From Candidatus Zhuqueibacterota bacterium (GTDB lineage: Bacteria; Zhuqueibacterota; Zhuqueibacteria; Thermofontimicrobiales; Thermofontimicrobiaceae): a DNA stretch of 64,000 bases. Each line of letters begins with the position of its first letter. The first letter of the stretch is position 1. The notes beneath the pieces are model-generated. The model was not told the origin of the DNA, searched no databases, and worked only from the letters and a program-made list of their open reading frames with translations. This document shows, piece after piece, positions 8,018 through 18,736 of this stretch. Where the stretch lies: NCBI GenBank assembly GCA_049322915.1, contig JBMOPW010000034.1, positions 160,001-224,000 on the forward strand. Direction: 5' to 3'. The translations under genes were made by a program, and so were the position numbers.

Positions 8018-10873
8018 TTATTTTTCCAGTTTCCGTTTGACCTGAATGATCTCGTAGGTTTCAAGCACGTCGCCCACTTTTATGTCATCGAAGTTTTCAA
8101 GACCAATACCGCATTCAAATCCAGCCGCTACTTCTCTGGCATCGTCCTTGAACCGTCTCAGGGAATTGAGTTTTCCTTCGTAAGTCAATTTATCTTCGCG
8201 ATACAGACGAATCATATCATTGCGAGTCACTTTTCCGGTCAGAACGTAACAGCCGGCAATGGTGCCAATTTTCGGGACCTTAAATGTTTCTCGCACTTCC
8301 ACAGTACCCAGGTTAATTTCTTCCAGCGTCGGTTCGAGAAGTCCCTCAAGCGCATCCTTGACATCGGAAAGGACATCGTAAATCACTTTGTACATTCGAA
8401 TGTCAATATTTTCCCGGCTCGCAATCTCGCGCGCTTTAATGGTCGGACGCACCTGGAACCCGATAATAATTGCATCTGATGTACTTGCCAGAAGTACGTC
8501 CGATTCAGAAATTGCTCCAACACCTTTGCGGATAATATTAAGCGTCACTTCAGCCGTCGACAGCTTCAGGAGCGAGTCGCTGAGCGCTTCCACCGAACCA
8601 TCCACATCGCCTTTAATGACCAGCGACAGTTCTTTCACTTTCCCCGATTTAATTTGTCGGGAGATTTCATCCAGAGTTAGATGCCGAATATGTCGGTATT
8701 CCTGCTCTCGCTTGACTTGCTGCCGTTCAAGGCTAATTTCGCGCGTGTCGCGTTCTGACTCCAGTACAGTAAATTTATCGCCAGCCTGGGGCAGTCCCGT
8801 GAAACCGATCACCTGAACCGGGACTGATGGACCAGCGTCCTTTCGTTTCTTGCCCTTTTCATCGAACAGGCCTCTGACTTTCCCGTAATACTGTCCCACA
8901 ATAAACGGATCGCCAACCTTCAACGTCCCTTTTTGCACCAGCACGGTGACAACCACGCCCTTGCCGCGGTCCAGTTTCGATTCAATGACCACGCCTTTGG
9001 CGAGTCGATTTGGATTCGCCTTAAGCTCCAGCATTTCCGATTCGATGATAATGCTCTCCAGCAGCTTTTCGATGCCGATACCGGTCTTGGCGGATATCTC
9101 CACACACTGATATTTCCCGCCCCATTCCTCAATGAGTACGCTTCGTTCGGAAAGCTGTTTCTTGATGAGCTCCGGATTGGCGTTTGATTTATCAATTTTA
9201 TTAATAGCAACGATGATGGGCACGCCAGCGGCTTTTGCATGGTCTATTGCCTCAATCGTCTGAGGCATCACGCTATCGTCCGCAGCCACGACAAGAATGA
9301 CAATGTCGGTTGCCTGGGCGCCGCGAGCGCGCATGGCGGTGAACGCCTCGTGGCCCGGGGTATCCAGGAACGTGATCATCTTGCTGTTGATATTCACCTG
9401 ATAGGCGCCGATGTGCTGGGTGATTCCACCAGCCTCGCCCTGTATGATGTTACTTTCGCGAATGAAATCCAGCAGTGACGTTTTGCCGTGATCGACATGG
9501 CCCATAATTGTCACTACAGGGGAGCGCCATTGTAAATCGCTGTCATCTTCTTCTTCTTCAAGTTCATCGATGATATCGCTGCCATATTCTGGAATGATCT
9601 CAACTTTAAATCCGAATTCATCCGCCAAAATTTCAATCGCCTCTTTATCCATCCGCTGATTAATGGTGACTAACATCCCCATTGCGAGACATTTTTTAAT
9701 GAGTTCGCTGGGCTCTTCATCCATTTCGTTGGCCAGGTCAGCAATCGTGATGAACTCGTTCACGCGCAGCAGGTTTTCTTCTTCCTCCTCGAACTCACCC
9801 GTCTCTTTCACCCTTTTACGCCTTTTCTTGTGGCGCGCTGCATCTTCCATCGCAGCAAATGTCTGCCGAATCGAAGCCTCGACCTCCTCATCGCTGATGA
9901 CGAACTTCTTCTTTTTCTTGGATCGTTTCTTCTTATCGGCAGTTTCCGCCCCGGCGAGTCGTTCGGACTTCTTTTTCTTTTTCTTCTTTCGTATGCTTGA
10001 AATGTCTCGATCTTCTGACTTCTTTGCCTCAACTTTGGGCTTAGTCAGCCGATCTTTCTTCTTCAGTATTTTCTTCTTTTTATGCAGTGTGGCAGCATCT
10101 TCTTCTTCCGTGACGATGCCTTTTTTCCTGGTTTCGATTTTGTGGAAGAGATCGACATCTTTCTTTGCAGACTCAACCGTTCCTTCCTCTGCCGCATCAG
10201 GCTCTTTCTCGATATCTAATTTGGGAACTGATTTCAAATCCTTTTTGAATGGCGTTTCTTTTTGGCTGATCACAGGCGCGCGTTCTTCGGTACGTTCTTT
10301 CGTCGCCTTAACTTTTTTCACAGTCCTGAAATGTTCTTTGTGAGTGATTTTCTCTTCTTCAGATTCATCCGGTTGCTCGACAGCCTTCGTTTCTAATTTT
10401 TCGGGAGTGACAGAAATTTCTACCGGTTGATCTGGCAACGGGCTTGCCTCGATCTCGGTTGAAATTTTCTCTTTCCCTGTTTTCGCTTCAGGTAAAGCAC
10501 TCTCTTCCTCGTCGGCTTCCTTTTTTTGAAAGATGTCTTCTTCTTTCGGTGCAGATTTTTTGCGACGACGAGGCATCTCTGTCATGACGATGGATGATAT
10601 TTTTATCATTTCATCATAATCATGTCGCTCTTTTTTCTTGCGTTCTTCATCGATCAGCTTTCTCTGTTTAAGCTGCTCTTTTATATCAACATCCTCGACC
10701 ACGACCTGAATTTTGCTGCCAAATTTCTTACTTGCAGCTTCATACATTTCGTCGGAAAGAGGACTCATATGATTCCTCACATCGAAGTCTGCCTCCGCTA
10801 AAAAGGCGATCAATGCTTCGTTTGAGATGTCGAAATCCCGAGCGACTTGAAATACTCTACGTTTTGTACTCAA
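8018..10873 (-). CDS. infB: Translation initiation factor IF-2 (TTG start)
   Basis: [20 protein letters not shown] and NKID GTPase motifs; charged N-terminal region; [20 protein letters not shown]-terminus. Confidence 0.99.
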   Translation of the reverse strand: MSTKRRVFQVARDFDISNEALIAFLAEADFDVRNHMSPLSDEMYEAASKKFGSKIQVVVEDVDIKEQLKQRKLIDEERKKKERHDYDEMIKISSIVMTEMPRRRKKSAPKEEDIFQKKEADEEESALPEAKTGKEKISTEIEASPLPDQPVEISVTPEKLETKAVEQPDESEEEKITHKEHFRTVKKVKATKERTEERAPVISQKETPFKKDLKSVPKLDIEKEPDAAEEGTVESAKKDVDLFHKIETRKKGIVTEEEDAATLHKKKKILKKKDRLTKPKVEAKKSEDRDISSIRKKKKKKKSERLAGAETADKKKRSKKKKKFVISDEEVEASIRQTFAAMEDAARHKKRRKRVKETGEFEEEEENLLRVNEFITIADLANEMDEEPSELIKKCLAMGMLVTINQRMDKEAIEILADEFGFKVEIIPEYGSDIIDELEEEEDDSDLQWRSPVVTIMGHVDHGKTSLLDFIRESNIIQGEAGGITQHIGAYQVNINSKMITFLDTPGHEAFTAMRARGAQATDIVILVVAADDSVMPQTIEAIDHAKAAGVPIIVAINKIDKSNANPELIKKQLSERSVLIEEWGGKYQCVEISAKTGIGIEKLLESIIIESEMLELKANPNRLAKGVVIESKLDRGKGVVVTVLVQKGTLKVGDPFIVGQYYGKVRGLFDEKGKKRKDAGPSVPVQVIGFTGLPQAGDKFTVLESERDTREISLERQQVKREQEYRHIRHLTLDEISRQIKSGKVKELSLVIKGDVDGSVEALSDSLLKLSTAEVTLNIIRKGVGAISESDVLLASTSDAIIIGFQVRPTIKAREIASRENIDIRMYKVIYDVLSDVKDALEGLLEPTLEEINLGTVEVRETFKVPKIGTIAGCYVLTGKVTRNDMIRLYREDKLTYEGKLNSLRRFKDDAREVAAGFECGIGLENFDDIKVGDVLETYEIIQVKRKLEK

Positions 10874-10983
10874 AATCCTATCACTCCAATGTTATTAACG
10901 TCCTGTCTTCTTTTCAAGGAAGTCAGGGATATTTGCTTTCGCAATTTAAAAAATGCCACACCCGATGGCTTAAAAAATCAGTG

Positions 10984-12222
10984 TTATTCTATCGCGTTTA
11001 AAACTTCAAAAATCTTGTCAACGGTCTTTGGCCCGATACCGCTTATTTTTAATAATTCTTCCCGATCCGCTCCTAAAACATCGCTCACCGTTTCAAATCC
11101 ATTGGCAATCAGCTTTTTGATAATGGACGGCTGTAACTCAGTCACTTCCAAAATGTCGATTTCCTGTTCACTCTCTTCCGTCATGATTTCTGAATAATCC
11201 GATTCTTTTATCGTGTCAATTTCATAGCCGGTCAATTTCGATGCCAGACGTTTATTCTGCCCACCTTTGCCAATGGCCAGGGATATTTGGCTGTCGAGGA
11301 TTACGGTCATTGCTTGCTTTTTATCCTCCGATACAATCACTTTCAATGGTTTGGCCGGATTCATGGCGCGAGAAATGAATATCTCTGGCTCCGACGCCCA
11401 GTTGATAATATCGATTTTCTCGTCATTGAGTTCTTTCACGATGGATTGGATGCGAATGCCCTTCATTCCCACACAGGCACCTACGGCGTCAATGCGTCTG
11501 TCATTGGAATACACTGCAATCTTGGTGCGATCTCCTGCTTCGCGAGCAATGCCTTTCACTTCAATGATGCCATCGTAAATTTCTGGGACTTCCAATTCAA
11601 ACATACGCACCAGAAATTTCGGATCAGCGCGCGATACAATGATTTCAGGACCGCGATTCGTTTTTGTCACTTCTTTTATAAGTACCCGCAAATGATCGCC
11701 GCGGCGATATTTCTCATTATAAATTTGCTCTTTCTTCGGCAACACCACTTCGATCCTGTCCACGTTCAAGAAAATTTCATTGCGGTTGAGCTGACGGATG
11801 TCACCAATAATGATTTCACCCACCCGATTTTTAAATTCTTCAAAAATAACGTCCTTCTCAGCCTCTTTAATTTTTTGGTTCAAATTCTGTTTTGCAGAAA
11901 TTATCAACCGTCGGCCAAAACTGGACGGATCGATAATATCGAGAAATTCATCCCCGATTTCCAGATCCGGTTCGACCTTTTGAGCAGTTTCCAGATCGAT
12001 CTCCAAATTCTCATCCTGAATTTTTTCAACGATCGTCTTGCTCTGGCAAATTTCAATTTCTCCCTTTTCCATGCTGACATAAATATTAAAGTTGTCGGTG
12101 GTGCCGTACTTTTTCTTTATCATTGAATACATGATATTTTCGAGAATGGATGACAATAATTCTTTGTCAATATTTTTTTCCTTTACGATCTGGGTAAAGG
12201 CTTCTACAATATCACTTTTCAT
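10984..12222 (-). CDS. nusA: Transcription termination/antitermination factor NusA
   Basis: S1 and KH domains (AREAGDRTKIAV, DAVGACVGMKG, LAIGKGGQN) and a C-terminal HhH. Confidence 0.99.
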   Translation of the reverse strand: MKSDIVEAFTQIVKEKNIDKELLSSILENIMYSMIKKKYGTTDNFNIYVSMEKGEIEICQSKTIVEKIQDENLEIDLETAQKVEPDLEIGDEFLDIIDPSSFGRRLIISAKQNLNQKIKEAEKDVIFEEFKNRVGEIIIGDIRQLNRNEIFLNVDRIEVVLPKKEQIYNEKYRRGDHLRVLIKEVTKTNRGPEIIVSRADPKFLVRMFELEVPEIYDGIIEVKGIAREAGDRTKIAVYSNDRRIDAVGACVGMKGIRIQSIVKELNDEKIDIINWASEPEIFISRAMNPAKPLKVIVSEDKKQAMTVILDSQISLAIGKGGQNKRLASKLTGYEIDTIKESDYSEIMTEESEQEIDILEVTELQPSIIKKLIANGFETVSDVLGADREELLKISGIGPKTVDKIFEVLNAIE

Positions 12223-12256
12223 ACCTTCCTATCTCCTGATTCGAAATAAGTTTTTG

Positions 12257-12718
12257 CTACCAAACAGGTACGATTTTGGCCAAAGAAATCGTGGCCAAAT
12301 CAATTCTAATTTGTTCTTTTTCCGTCGCGACGATGACCGATGCTTCATCCACCTGTTCGATAATGCCTGAGACCGATTTCATTTCTCCCTGCGCCGGAGA
12401 ATAGCTGACTGCAATCTTCCTGCCTAACTGGCGCCTGAAATCTTTCATGGTTTTGAGAGGTCGGTCCAAGCCCGGGGATGAAACTTCCAGCCGATAACGA
12501 TTGGGGATGATATTTTTTTGATCCAGCATATCAGCAATATCGCGACTGATTCGCTCGCACTGCTCCAGCCGGATGCCCGTATCCGTATTCACGAAGATCC
12601 GTACCACTTGACTTCTGGTGTTCCCGGCGTATTCAATGTCGACTAAATCCGCGCCATGTGATTCAACGATGGGTTCTATTATTTCTATCAGGCGCTTTGT
12701 ATTTGGATTCTCTACCAT
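12257..12718 (-). CDS. rimP: Ribosome maturation factor RimP
   Basis: YRLEVSSPGLDRPL signature; first gene of the nusA operon. Confidence 0.97.
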   Translation of the reverse strand: MVENPNTKRLIEIIEPIVESHGADLVDIEYAGNTRSQVVRIFVNTDTGIRLEQCERISRDIADMLDQKNIIPNRYRLEVSSPGLDRPLKTMKDFRRQLGRKIAVSYSPAQGEMKSVSGIIEQVDEASVIVATEKEQIRIDLATISLAKIVPVW

Positions 12719-12737
12719 CTGTTTTTCATTTTATAGC

Positions 12738-12765
12738 AATAAAAAAGTGGGATTTTTTCCCACTT
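12738..12765 (-). promoter_or_regulatory. rimP leader hairpin (terminator/attenuator-like)
   Basis: Minus strand AAGTGGGA-AAAAA-TCCCACTT followed by a T run, between the promoter and the rimP start; resembles the widespread rimP-leader hairpin. Confidence 0.75.
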
Positions 12766-12774
12766 CAGGCCATG

Positions 12775-12803
12775 AATATAATAAATTAATTTTTAATTTG
12801 CAA
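12775..12803 (-). promoter_or_regulatory. Sigma70-type promoter of the rimP-nusA-infB operon
   Basis: TTGCAA-17 nt-TATATT on the minus strand. Confidence 0.65.
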
Positions 12804-12827
12804 GCAATTTTTAAGAAAGCTTTTATT

Positions 12828-13502
12828 TTATCCCTTTAATTTTGCTAAATAAAGCTCAGCATCACTTTTAAAACCGGAGTCCGCATATTTATCAAGGATG
12901 ATTTCATAACAGGATCGCGCATTGGCCACATTATTGGACATGGCATAGCATCGGCCGGCTTCCATTAATAACTGGGGCGCCATGTGCGAATCATCATACT
13001 TTTTTGCACCCTTTTCATAAGTCTGCCCGGCTTCGATGAGTTTTCCAAGTTGCTCAAGACATGCGCCTTTGCCTGCGAACGCTGCCGGCGCAAGAATCTG
13101 ATCATCGCCATGCTTTTTCAGATATTTATCGAAGTATTCAATTCCCTGATTATATTCTTTGCTTTGAAAATGATACTGGCCTAATATATAAATGCCTCGA
13201 GCGGCGCTCTTTGTACCGCTATAATTATCAACAAGGTTGAGCAAAATATCCTTGGCCTGGAGCATATTTCCAGCGCCCATTTCTGCTGTCGCTTTCGCTA
13301 ATTGCTCCGAGGCATCGATATCCGCAGTCCGCTTGCTTCTCGTCATGAACACAGTGACAACGATAACAACAATGACAATTCCAGCGCCGATCATAATATT
13401 TTTAGAATATTTCTCAATGTAATCCACAGCTTTGAAATAAGCAGTAACAAACTTATCTTGTTTAATTTGTCGTCGGGTAATTTTTTTTCGTGCCTTTAAC
13501 AT
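12828..13502 (-). CDS. Membrane-anchored tetratricopeptide-repeat protein (YfgM-like)
   Basis: Basic N-terminus, one TM helix (IMIGAGIVIVVIVVTVF), then repeated TPR helices. Confidence 0.8.
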   Translation of the reverse strand: MLKARKKITRRQIKQDKFVTAYFKAVDYIEKYSKNIMIGAGIVIVVIVVTVFMTRSKRTADIDASEQLAKATAEMGAGNMLQAKDILLNLVDNYSGTKSAARGIYILGQYHFQSKEYNQGIEYFDKYLKKHGDDQILAPAAFAGKGACLEQLGKLIEAGQTYEKGAKKYDDSHMAPQLLMEAGRCYAMSNNVANARSCYEIILDKYADSGFKSDAELYLAKLKG

Positions 13503-13547
13503 TCGTTTAGTCCTTCAAAGTAAGTGAGCTAAATTCAGTTGATTTCG

Positions 13548-13621
13548 TACCCCTGGCAGGATTTGAACCTGCGGCACGCGGTTTAGGAAACCGCTGCTCT
13601 ATCCGCCTGAGCTACAGGGGC
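13548..13621 (-). tRNA. tRNA-Arg (anticodon CCT), CCA not encoded
   Basis: GCCCCTG/CAGGGGT acceptor stem, GCGGT-TTCCTAA-ACCGC anticodon arm and GCAGG-TTCAAAT-CCTGC T arm. Confidence 0.97.
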
Positions 13622-13643
13622 GGTTGATTTTAAAAAACCGTCT

Positions 13644-13672
13644 AATATATATATTTCCTTTGACATTGTCAA
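13644..13672 (-). promoter_or_regulatory. Sigma70-type promoter of tRNA-Arg
   Basis: TTGACA-17 nt-TATATT, ending about 22 nt upstream of the tRNA. Confidence 0.8.
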
Positions 13673-13902
13673 GATTTATTTCCAACGGGAAAAAGTTGGG
13701 CAGCCGCTAAAGGAGCAGCGTACCACGTATTAATTTAAGTCATCTTCGACGCTTCGAAAAGTCATCCGAATCGCGAATGGATGTTTCAATATATCTTAAG
13801 CAGGCGGTTATTCTTTATAATCGATCCTGTTATTCATTTTCAGTAACTTTTTTTATAGCATGTTAAAGACGCCTCGTCAACAACCGACAACCCATCCCTG
13901 GT

Positions 13903-14121
13903 TCACCGCCACCAATAAACCACACTATCGTCGATGTGCTTATAATCCACCCTAATCGCCTTGAAATGTTTCTCAGCACATTTTATTTTTCGCGGCTCAT
14001 GCTGGTATTGTAATAAATTATAATCCTTCTGTCCCTTCGTTTCCCTCACTAATTCAAGTACGAAACGATGCTCATCATCCCAACGGAAGATGCCCCAGTC
14101 TGGATTATAATTCCCGATGAC
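13903..14121 (-). pseudogene. C-terminal remnant of a type III restriction endonuclease (Res) subunit
   Basis: Start-less frame VIGNYNPDWGIFRW...LELVRETKG...EPRKIKCAEKHFKAI...; matches the YNPDW / ETKG / KI.CA.KHF pattern of the Res nuclease domain. An in-frame stop lies directly upstream. Confidence 0.8.
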
Positions 14122-14266
14122 TCATCAGCGAAGAAATTCCGCTCATCATTCGTCGTCGAGAATTTGGTATATAATTTAGCATGAGAATGACACCTCTAAA
14201 ATGATCTAATAATTTGAAATAGAAATTCTGACCTTTGCTTTTTTTGTTAGCACATCATATTTTTTT

Positions 14267-15028
14267 CTAGTCATCCTTGAATGCAATTAAAAGCGGTTGA
14301 AAGAAACGATCTCGCAAAGTTCTGACTTCTCGGAATCCTGATGCTTTAAATAAGTCTTCCAGGGTGGGAATTTCAATACAATAGTATTTGCCGCCGCGAA
14401 TGACTTGAGTTTGCGCAACAGGCTCTCCTCGATCCTCCACCACGTATGTCGTGATTTCATAACAATCCTCATTAAAATCCCAAACGTCAAACATCACAAT
14501 TTGCACATCTTCAGTTTGTTGAACCGACCGGGGATGAATCTGCTTCTGTCTTTCTTTTCTTTCCAACTGAGCATAATCTCTAACGGTGATAATGCAACAT
14601 CCATCTGATTTGGTGCATCGATAAAACTGCTGAAACGCTGTGAGAATTTCCTGATCATTCAGTAGGTGTGGCACGGAGTTATCGCAGGCAATAACCACAT
14701 CAAATTGGCTTTGATAGACGTCCCAAACCTGTCGCATATCGGCTACTCGGAACTCGATTTGAACACCCTGTCTTGTTGCTTCCTGGCGTGCATATTCGAT
14801 TTCGGCAAAGGACAAATCAGAAGATTTGACTTTATATCCAAGTTTAGCTAAGCCTATACTTTGAGTTCCTATACCACAGGCAACATCTAATACCGAAGTA
14901 GCAGTTTTGTCAATAAATTCCTGAATGACGCTGTCCAATGCTTGTGCTTGACGCTGGACACTTGCGCCCCAGTCACGATAAAAATATTTATAGTAAGGAG
15001 CAAGGCGATTGTAAAAAACTTCGGTCAT
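14267..15028 (-). CDS. Class I SAM-dependent methyltransferase
   Basis: VLDVACGIG motif I, SDLS, VADMR and FDVVIACDNSVPHL. Confidence 0.92.
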   Translation of the reverse strand: MTEVFYNRLAPYYKYFYRDWGASVQRQAQALDSVIQEFIDKTATSVLDVACGIGTQSIGLAKLGYKVKSSDLSFAEIEYARQEATRQGVQIEFRVADMRQVWDVYQSQFDVVIACDNSVPHLLNDQEILTAFQQFYRCTKSDGCCIITVRDYAQLERKERQKQIHPRSVQQTEDVQIVMFDVWDFNEDCYEITTYVVEDRGEPVAQTQVIRGGKYYCIEIPTLEDLFKASGFREVRTLRDRFFQPLLIAFKDD

Positions 15029-15160
15029 TGAATTTCACCTTCTCATTTTATCGAAGCGGGAATTACGGTCTGCTTCAGCCACGGCGCGACGAGGTCGCCC
15101 GCCAACAGAGTTGGACTGGTGGTTGAATCTGGCTATTGTGCTTTAATGTCATAGCACGAC

Positions 15161-16390
15161 TTATCGGATTGGCGCTGAGATGAGAGCAGCCTGAATTTTT
15201 CGTGATCTCACCGCCAGAATGTAAATACCTAACAGGCTTGTGTACACTAATAGCAAGCTGACAGGGATTATCTCTAATGAGACATGGCGCGCCAGCACAC
15301 CCATCAGGCCAGGAATGAGGGCCGTCCCAAAACCAGCCGCCGCCATTTGCATGCCAATCGTATTAGCCGCATAATGATCGCCCACCCGGCTACTGGTGCC
15401 CGACATCATCGCCGGGAATATGGGCGCAATGGACAGGCCGACAACAGCCACCGCGAACACATTGGTCATTTCGGAAGGATTCCAGATCAGTAATCCCGTG
15501 CCCAAAAATGCTCCTGTCAAACCACATAGAACGAGCTTGTCCCTCCCCACCCGACTGGCGACCATGCCTGCCACGATCCGGCCAATGGTGAATGTGAACC
15601 AATAGCTACCTGCGAAGAATCCCACCAGCGTCCTATCTAACCCACGGGACTCGGTTAGTAGACTGTAGGTCCATGTGCCAAGGCCGCTTTCTGCACCCAC
15701 GTAAAGGAAAAACAAGGTTACACTTAGCCAAACCTGTGATTGTCGCAGTGTTTCTCCTATGGGAGTTTTGAAATCAGTCAGTTTTTTTTCGGTCTCGTTG
15801 TCCGCTGGTACATTGTTCCGGTTCCACATAGCCAGAGTCAGCAGAAAACAGGCTACCAGCGCGAGTTGAAAACCACCCACCACCTGGTAACCAAACCGCC
15901 ATGTGTTCATGGACGTCAATCCAAGGGTCATGATAATTGGTCCCAGCGTAATTCCAACACCCCAACTGGCATGTAGCCACTGCATCAGCCCCTCACCAAA
16001 ATGTGTCGCCACATAGGTATTCAGACCGGCATCAATCGCACCGGCTCCCAACCCGGCGAACACACCCAGCACGACCATCATCCACCAGAGCGGTACAAAA
16101 GTATAGCCGATTAACGCCACCCCTGTGAGACAGCAACTGACAGCAAGGATGCGGCCTACACCGACTCGTGAGAGCAAGAATCCGCTGAAAAAACTTGAGA
16201 TCATGTAACCGGCTACAACAGCCGTTAGAAACATACCAATCGCATCCAACGGAATGGAAAAATCATATCGGATCGATGGCCAACCAACGCCAAGCAGGCC
16301 ATCCGGTAACCCAAGCGCCACAAAGGCAATGAAGGCCAGTCCGATGAGGTTTAGCTTGGGGCGTTGTTTTACGGTGGCAAGGATTGTCAT
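15161..16390 (-). CDS. MFS transporter
   Basis: About 12 hydrophobic segments; GLGAGAIDAGLN and LHASWGVG motifs. Confidence 0.92.
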   Translation of the reverse strand: MTILATVKQRPKLNLIGLAFIAFVALGLPDGLLGVGWPSIRYDFSIPLDAIGMFLTAVVAGYMISSFFSGFLLSRVGVGRILAVSCCLTGVALIGYTFVPLWWMMVVLGVFAGLGAGAIDAGLNTYVATHFGEGLMQWLHASWGVGITLGPIIMTLGLTSMNTWRFGYQVVGGFQLALVACFLLTLAMWNRNNVPADNETEKKLTDFKTPIGETLRQSQVWLSVTLFFLYVGAESGLGTWTYSLLTESRGLDRTLVGFFAGSYWFTFTIGRIVAGMVASRVGRDKLVLCGLTGAFLGTGLLIWNPSEMTNVFAVAVVGLSIAPIFPAMMSGTSSRVGDHYAANTIGMQMAAAGFGTALIPGLMGVLARHVSLEIIPVSLLLVYTSLLGIYILAVRSRKIQAALISAPIR

Positions 16391-16450
16391 TGCGGATTAT
16401 TCTTAGTTTGGAAAGCTTCGGTTTTCGGTCTCGCTCTCATAAAAATAGTC

Positions 16451-17272
16451 TCAATTTTCGGTTGACAATTCTTGTGGTGAAAGAGATTTTGCATTTTGCC
16501 AAATCTTTTCTATTATTTCAGAGAAAAATTTATAAAAATATGGATCTGGGTCAGAGGATATCACTTCAATGTTGGGTCGCATAAGTTCTTCACATTGATA
16601 TGGCATAAATTCGACAAGAATTTTTTTAATTCCATCTTTCATTTCAACAGCCATATAGCTTATGTTTGAAACGTAATTCGTCACTTTGACCTTAATCTTT
16701 CCCTCTGTATTGCTCGTAATCTTGTTTAAAGTCCGTATGTTGCCCATGGAAAACAACAGTTCAGTCTTGAATAACTCTTTTGCTTCTTTTGTGTTCGGTT
16801 CAGGAATAACGATTTCAAGATCATTTTTTTCACAGGCCCGTGTATCCATCAAAACCAGATTAATATTGCATCCATCTTCTAATAAGCGATTGAGAGCATT
16901 GACTTGAGCGGTAAATTTACTTAAGGTGCGACCAATAATACAAACTTTTTTTGCATCCTTAATATATGCGTCTAGGAATACCAAATCCTTTCTTTGATGT
17001 AACATCCCCAATGGGAATTTTTTTAGCACCGTCTCAATATCATTTTGAGTTTTTTTAATCGATTCCATTTGTGGACGTACTTTTTTAATTGAGTTATAGT
17101 TGTTAGCTAACTGTGCTACAGCTAATCCACCGAGCACAAGCAGAATTGCCGAATCAATGGAGATGATGCGCTCTCCGAATACTTCAGGAATAAGGGCAGC
17201 AATGCACAGAACCACGGATAAGAATAAAAAAATGTTTTCAATGCTTAAGAATTCTTTCCAAATCTTTTTCAT
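16451..17272 (-). CDS. Hypothetical protein: 2 N-terminal TM helices plus an alpha/beta domain (DUF5919/PLD-like)
   Basis: AT-rich 273-aa ORF with SD GGAGG; KKVCIIGRTL...LEDGCNINLVLMD pattern and C-terminal F..IW..AK. Confidence 0.6.
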   Translation of the reverse strand: MKKIWKEFLSIENIFLFLSVVLCIAALIPEVFGERIISIDSAILLVLGGLAVAQLANNYNSIKKVRPQMESIKKTQNDIETVLKKFPLGMLHQRKDLVFLDAYIKDAKKVCIIGRTLSKFTAQVNALNRLLEDGCNINLVLMDTRACEKNDLEIVIPEPNTKEAKELFKTELLFSMGNIRTLNKITSNTEGKIKVKVTNYVSNISYMAVEMKDGIKKILVEFMPYQCEELMRPNIEVISSDPDPYFYKFFSEIIEKIWQNAKSLSPQELSTEN

Positions 17273-17484
17273 TATTTCCTCCCAATGAAAAAATTTGTAA
17301 TGTCAAAAGTTCTAATTGATTTTGAGAATGAAATTTGAGGAAATACTTGCTCGCAAGGCATCATATTCATTCTCCCTTTCACACAAATTATCTCCTCCCC
17401 AATTTTGATAATTGAGAACGAACGAGAAAGGCTGTAATCGCCATCCCCTTTTTGTTCGCCGTTTTTCTTTTTTGGGATTTTTTT

Positions 17485-17763
17485 TCATTTTTTCATATAA
17501 CTTTTGACTCTGCCTTTTGTTTGCAATGATAAAATATGAATAGGATACAGAGCCGTTACTTTCATCACTCCATTGGGTTCAGCGAAATGCAGGAACTCAG
17601 TTTTATTCCAGAGTAAGTAATAACTGACTATCACGAATGAAGGCAATATGGCTAATAGATATACAATGGCTTTTATATTCTTCCACAACGCCATTGCATG
17701 CGGTATAATATAAAGCATGGACAATTGGACATTTCTTCCTGTGATGGAATCAGTCAGCGTCAT
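17485..17763 (-). CDS. Small hypothetical membrane protein or gene remnant
   Basis: About 92-aa ORF with one hydrophobic segment; no recognisable motif. Confidence 0.3.
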   Translation of the reverse strand: MTLTDSITGRNVQLSMLYIIPHAMALWKNIKAIVYLLAILPSFVIVSYYLLWNKTEFLHFAEPNGVMKVTALYPIHILSLQTKGRVKSYMKK

Positions 17764-17812
17764 GCCTTTTCTGTCCAACGTTGGAGCGAAATCTAAGCCA
17801 GCGTCAACTGCG

Positions 17813-18736
17813 TCAGTTCGTACCTTTAGTCATGAGAAAATCGTCCACCACAATCTGCGCGGCTGCCTTGATGATATCGTCGCGCCACTGTACGTCTTTC
17901 ACTTCCTGGGTGTGATAAATAGCCAGAACAATAGGCTTTCGCTCAGGCGGATATATCACGGCAATATCGTTAGCCGTGCCATAGTCTCCAGAACCTGTTT
18001 TGTCACCAATGTGCCATTCAGCAGGCATGGCCGCCCGAATGCGTTTAGCCCCGGTGGTGTTCCCGCGCAGCCAATCCGTCAACTGTTTCGCTTGACCAGG
18101 AGGCAACGCATCGCCGAGAGTCAATGAGCGCAAGCTGAGCGCCATTGACGCTGGCGTCGCAGTGTCGCGGAGATCACCGGGAATGCAGGTGTTCAATTCT
18201 GTCTCCCATCGGTCCAGGCGAAACTCACTATTTCCGATCGATCGCGTGTACGCCGTCACTGCGACAGGCCCGCCCAGCACTTTCATCAGGAGATTGGCCG
18301 CTGTGTTATCACTGTATTGAATCGCGGCGGCGCAGAGTTCGGAAATCGTCATGCCGTCACCGATGTGTTTCTCGGTAATGGGAGAATAGGTAACAAGATC
18401 GCCCTGCTCATAACGAATTCGGCGCTGCAGCAGGCCTTCGATTTCTACGCTTCGCGCCAAAATCGCCGCTGCCAAAATCGCCTTGAAAGTGCTGCACATG
18501 GGAAAACGTTCATCAGCGCGATGGCTGATCCGCGCCCCATTTTCTGTATTCACGCCAAATACGCCAAGTCGGCCAGTCGAGGTTTTCTCGATTTGCGCCA
18601 GCCTGGCTTGCGGAGAAACCACCTGCGCGCCATCGAAGGCCTTCGCAATTGCTGTGAATGCCAAAGGAATCGTTGCAGCGGTCTGCAGGAATGTTCTGCG
18701 ATTCATCGCCTTCAGTTTATCGTCACATGTTTTCAA
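17813..18736 (-). CDS. bla: Class A serine beta-lactamase with Tat signal (alternative start ATG 18706)
   Basis: S70xxK (CSTFK), SDN, omega loop RWETELN (E166/N170) and KTG; NRRTFLQTAA twin-arginine signal. Confidence 0.97.
   Translation of the reverse strand: MKTCDDKLKAMNRRTFLQTAATIPLAFTAIAKAFDGAQVVSPQARLAQIEKTSTGRLGVFGVNTENGARISHRADERFPMCSTFKAILAAAILARSVEIEGLLQRRIRYEQGDLVTYSPITEKHIGDGMTISELCAAAIQYSDNTAANLLMKVLGGPVAVTAYTRSIGNSEFRLDRWETELNTCIPGDLRDTATPASMALSLRSLTLGDALPPGQAKQLTDWLRGNTTGAKRIRAAMPAEWHIGDKTGSGDYGTANDIAVIYPPERKPIVLAIYHTQEVKDVQWRDDIIKAAAQIVVDDFLMTKGTN

Noticed and set aside
8018..10873. Long lysine/glutamate-rich low-complexity stretch in infB
   Set aside because: Normal variable IF-2 N-terminal region.
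13548..13621. tRNA-Arg as the integration site of the accessory patch
   Set aside because: The patch is on the 5' side of the tRNA, I found no duplicated tRNA 3' end, and there is no integrase.
13660..13672. Palindrome TTGACATTGTCAA as a divergent promoter
   Set aside because: The + strand TTGACA has no -10 at suitable spacing; it is explained by the tRNA promoter -35.
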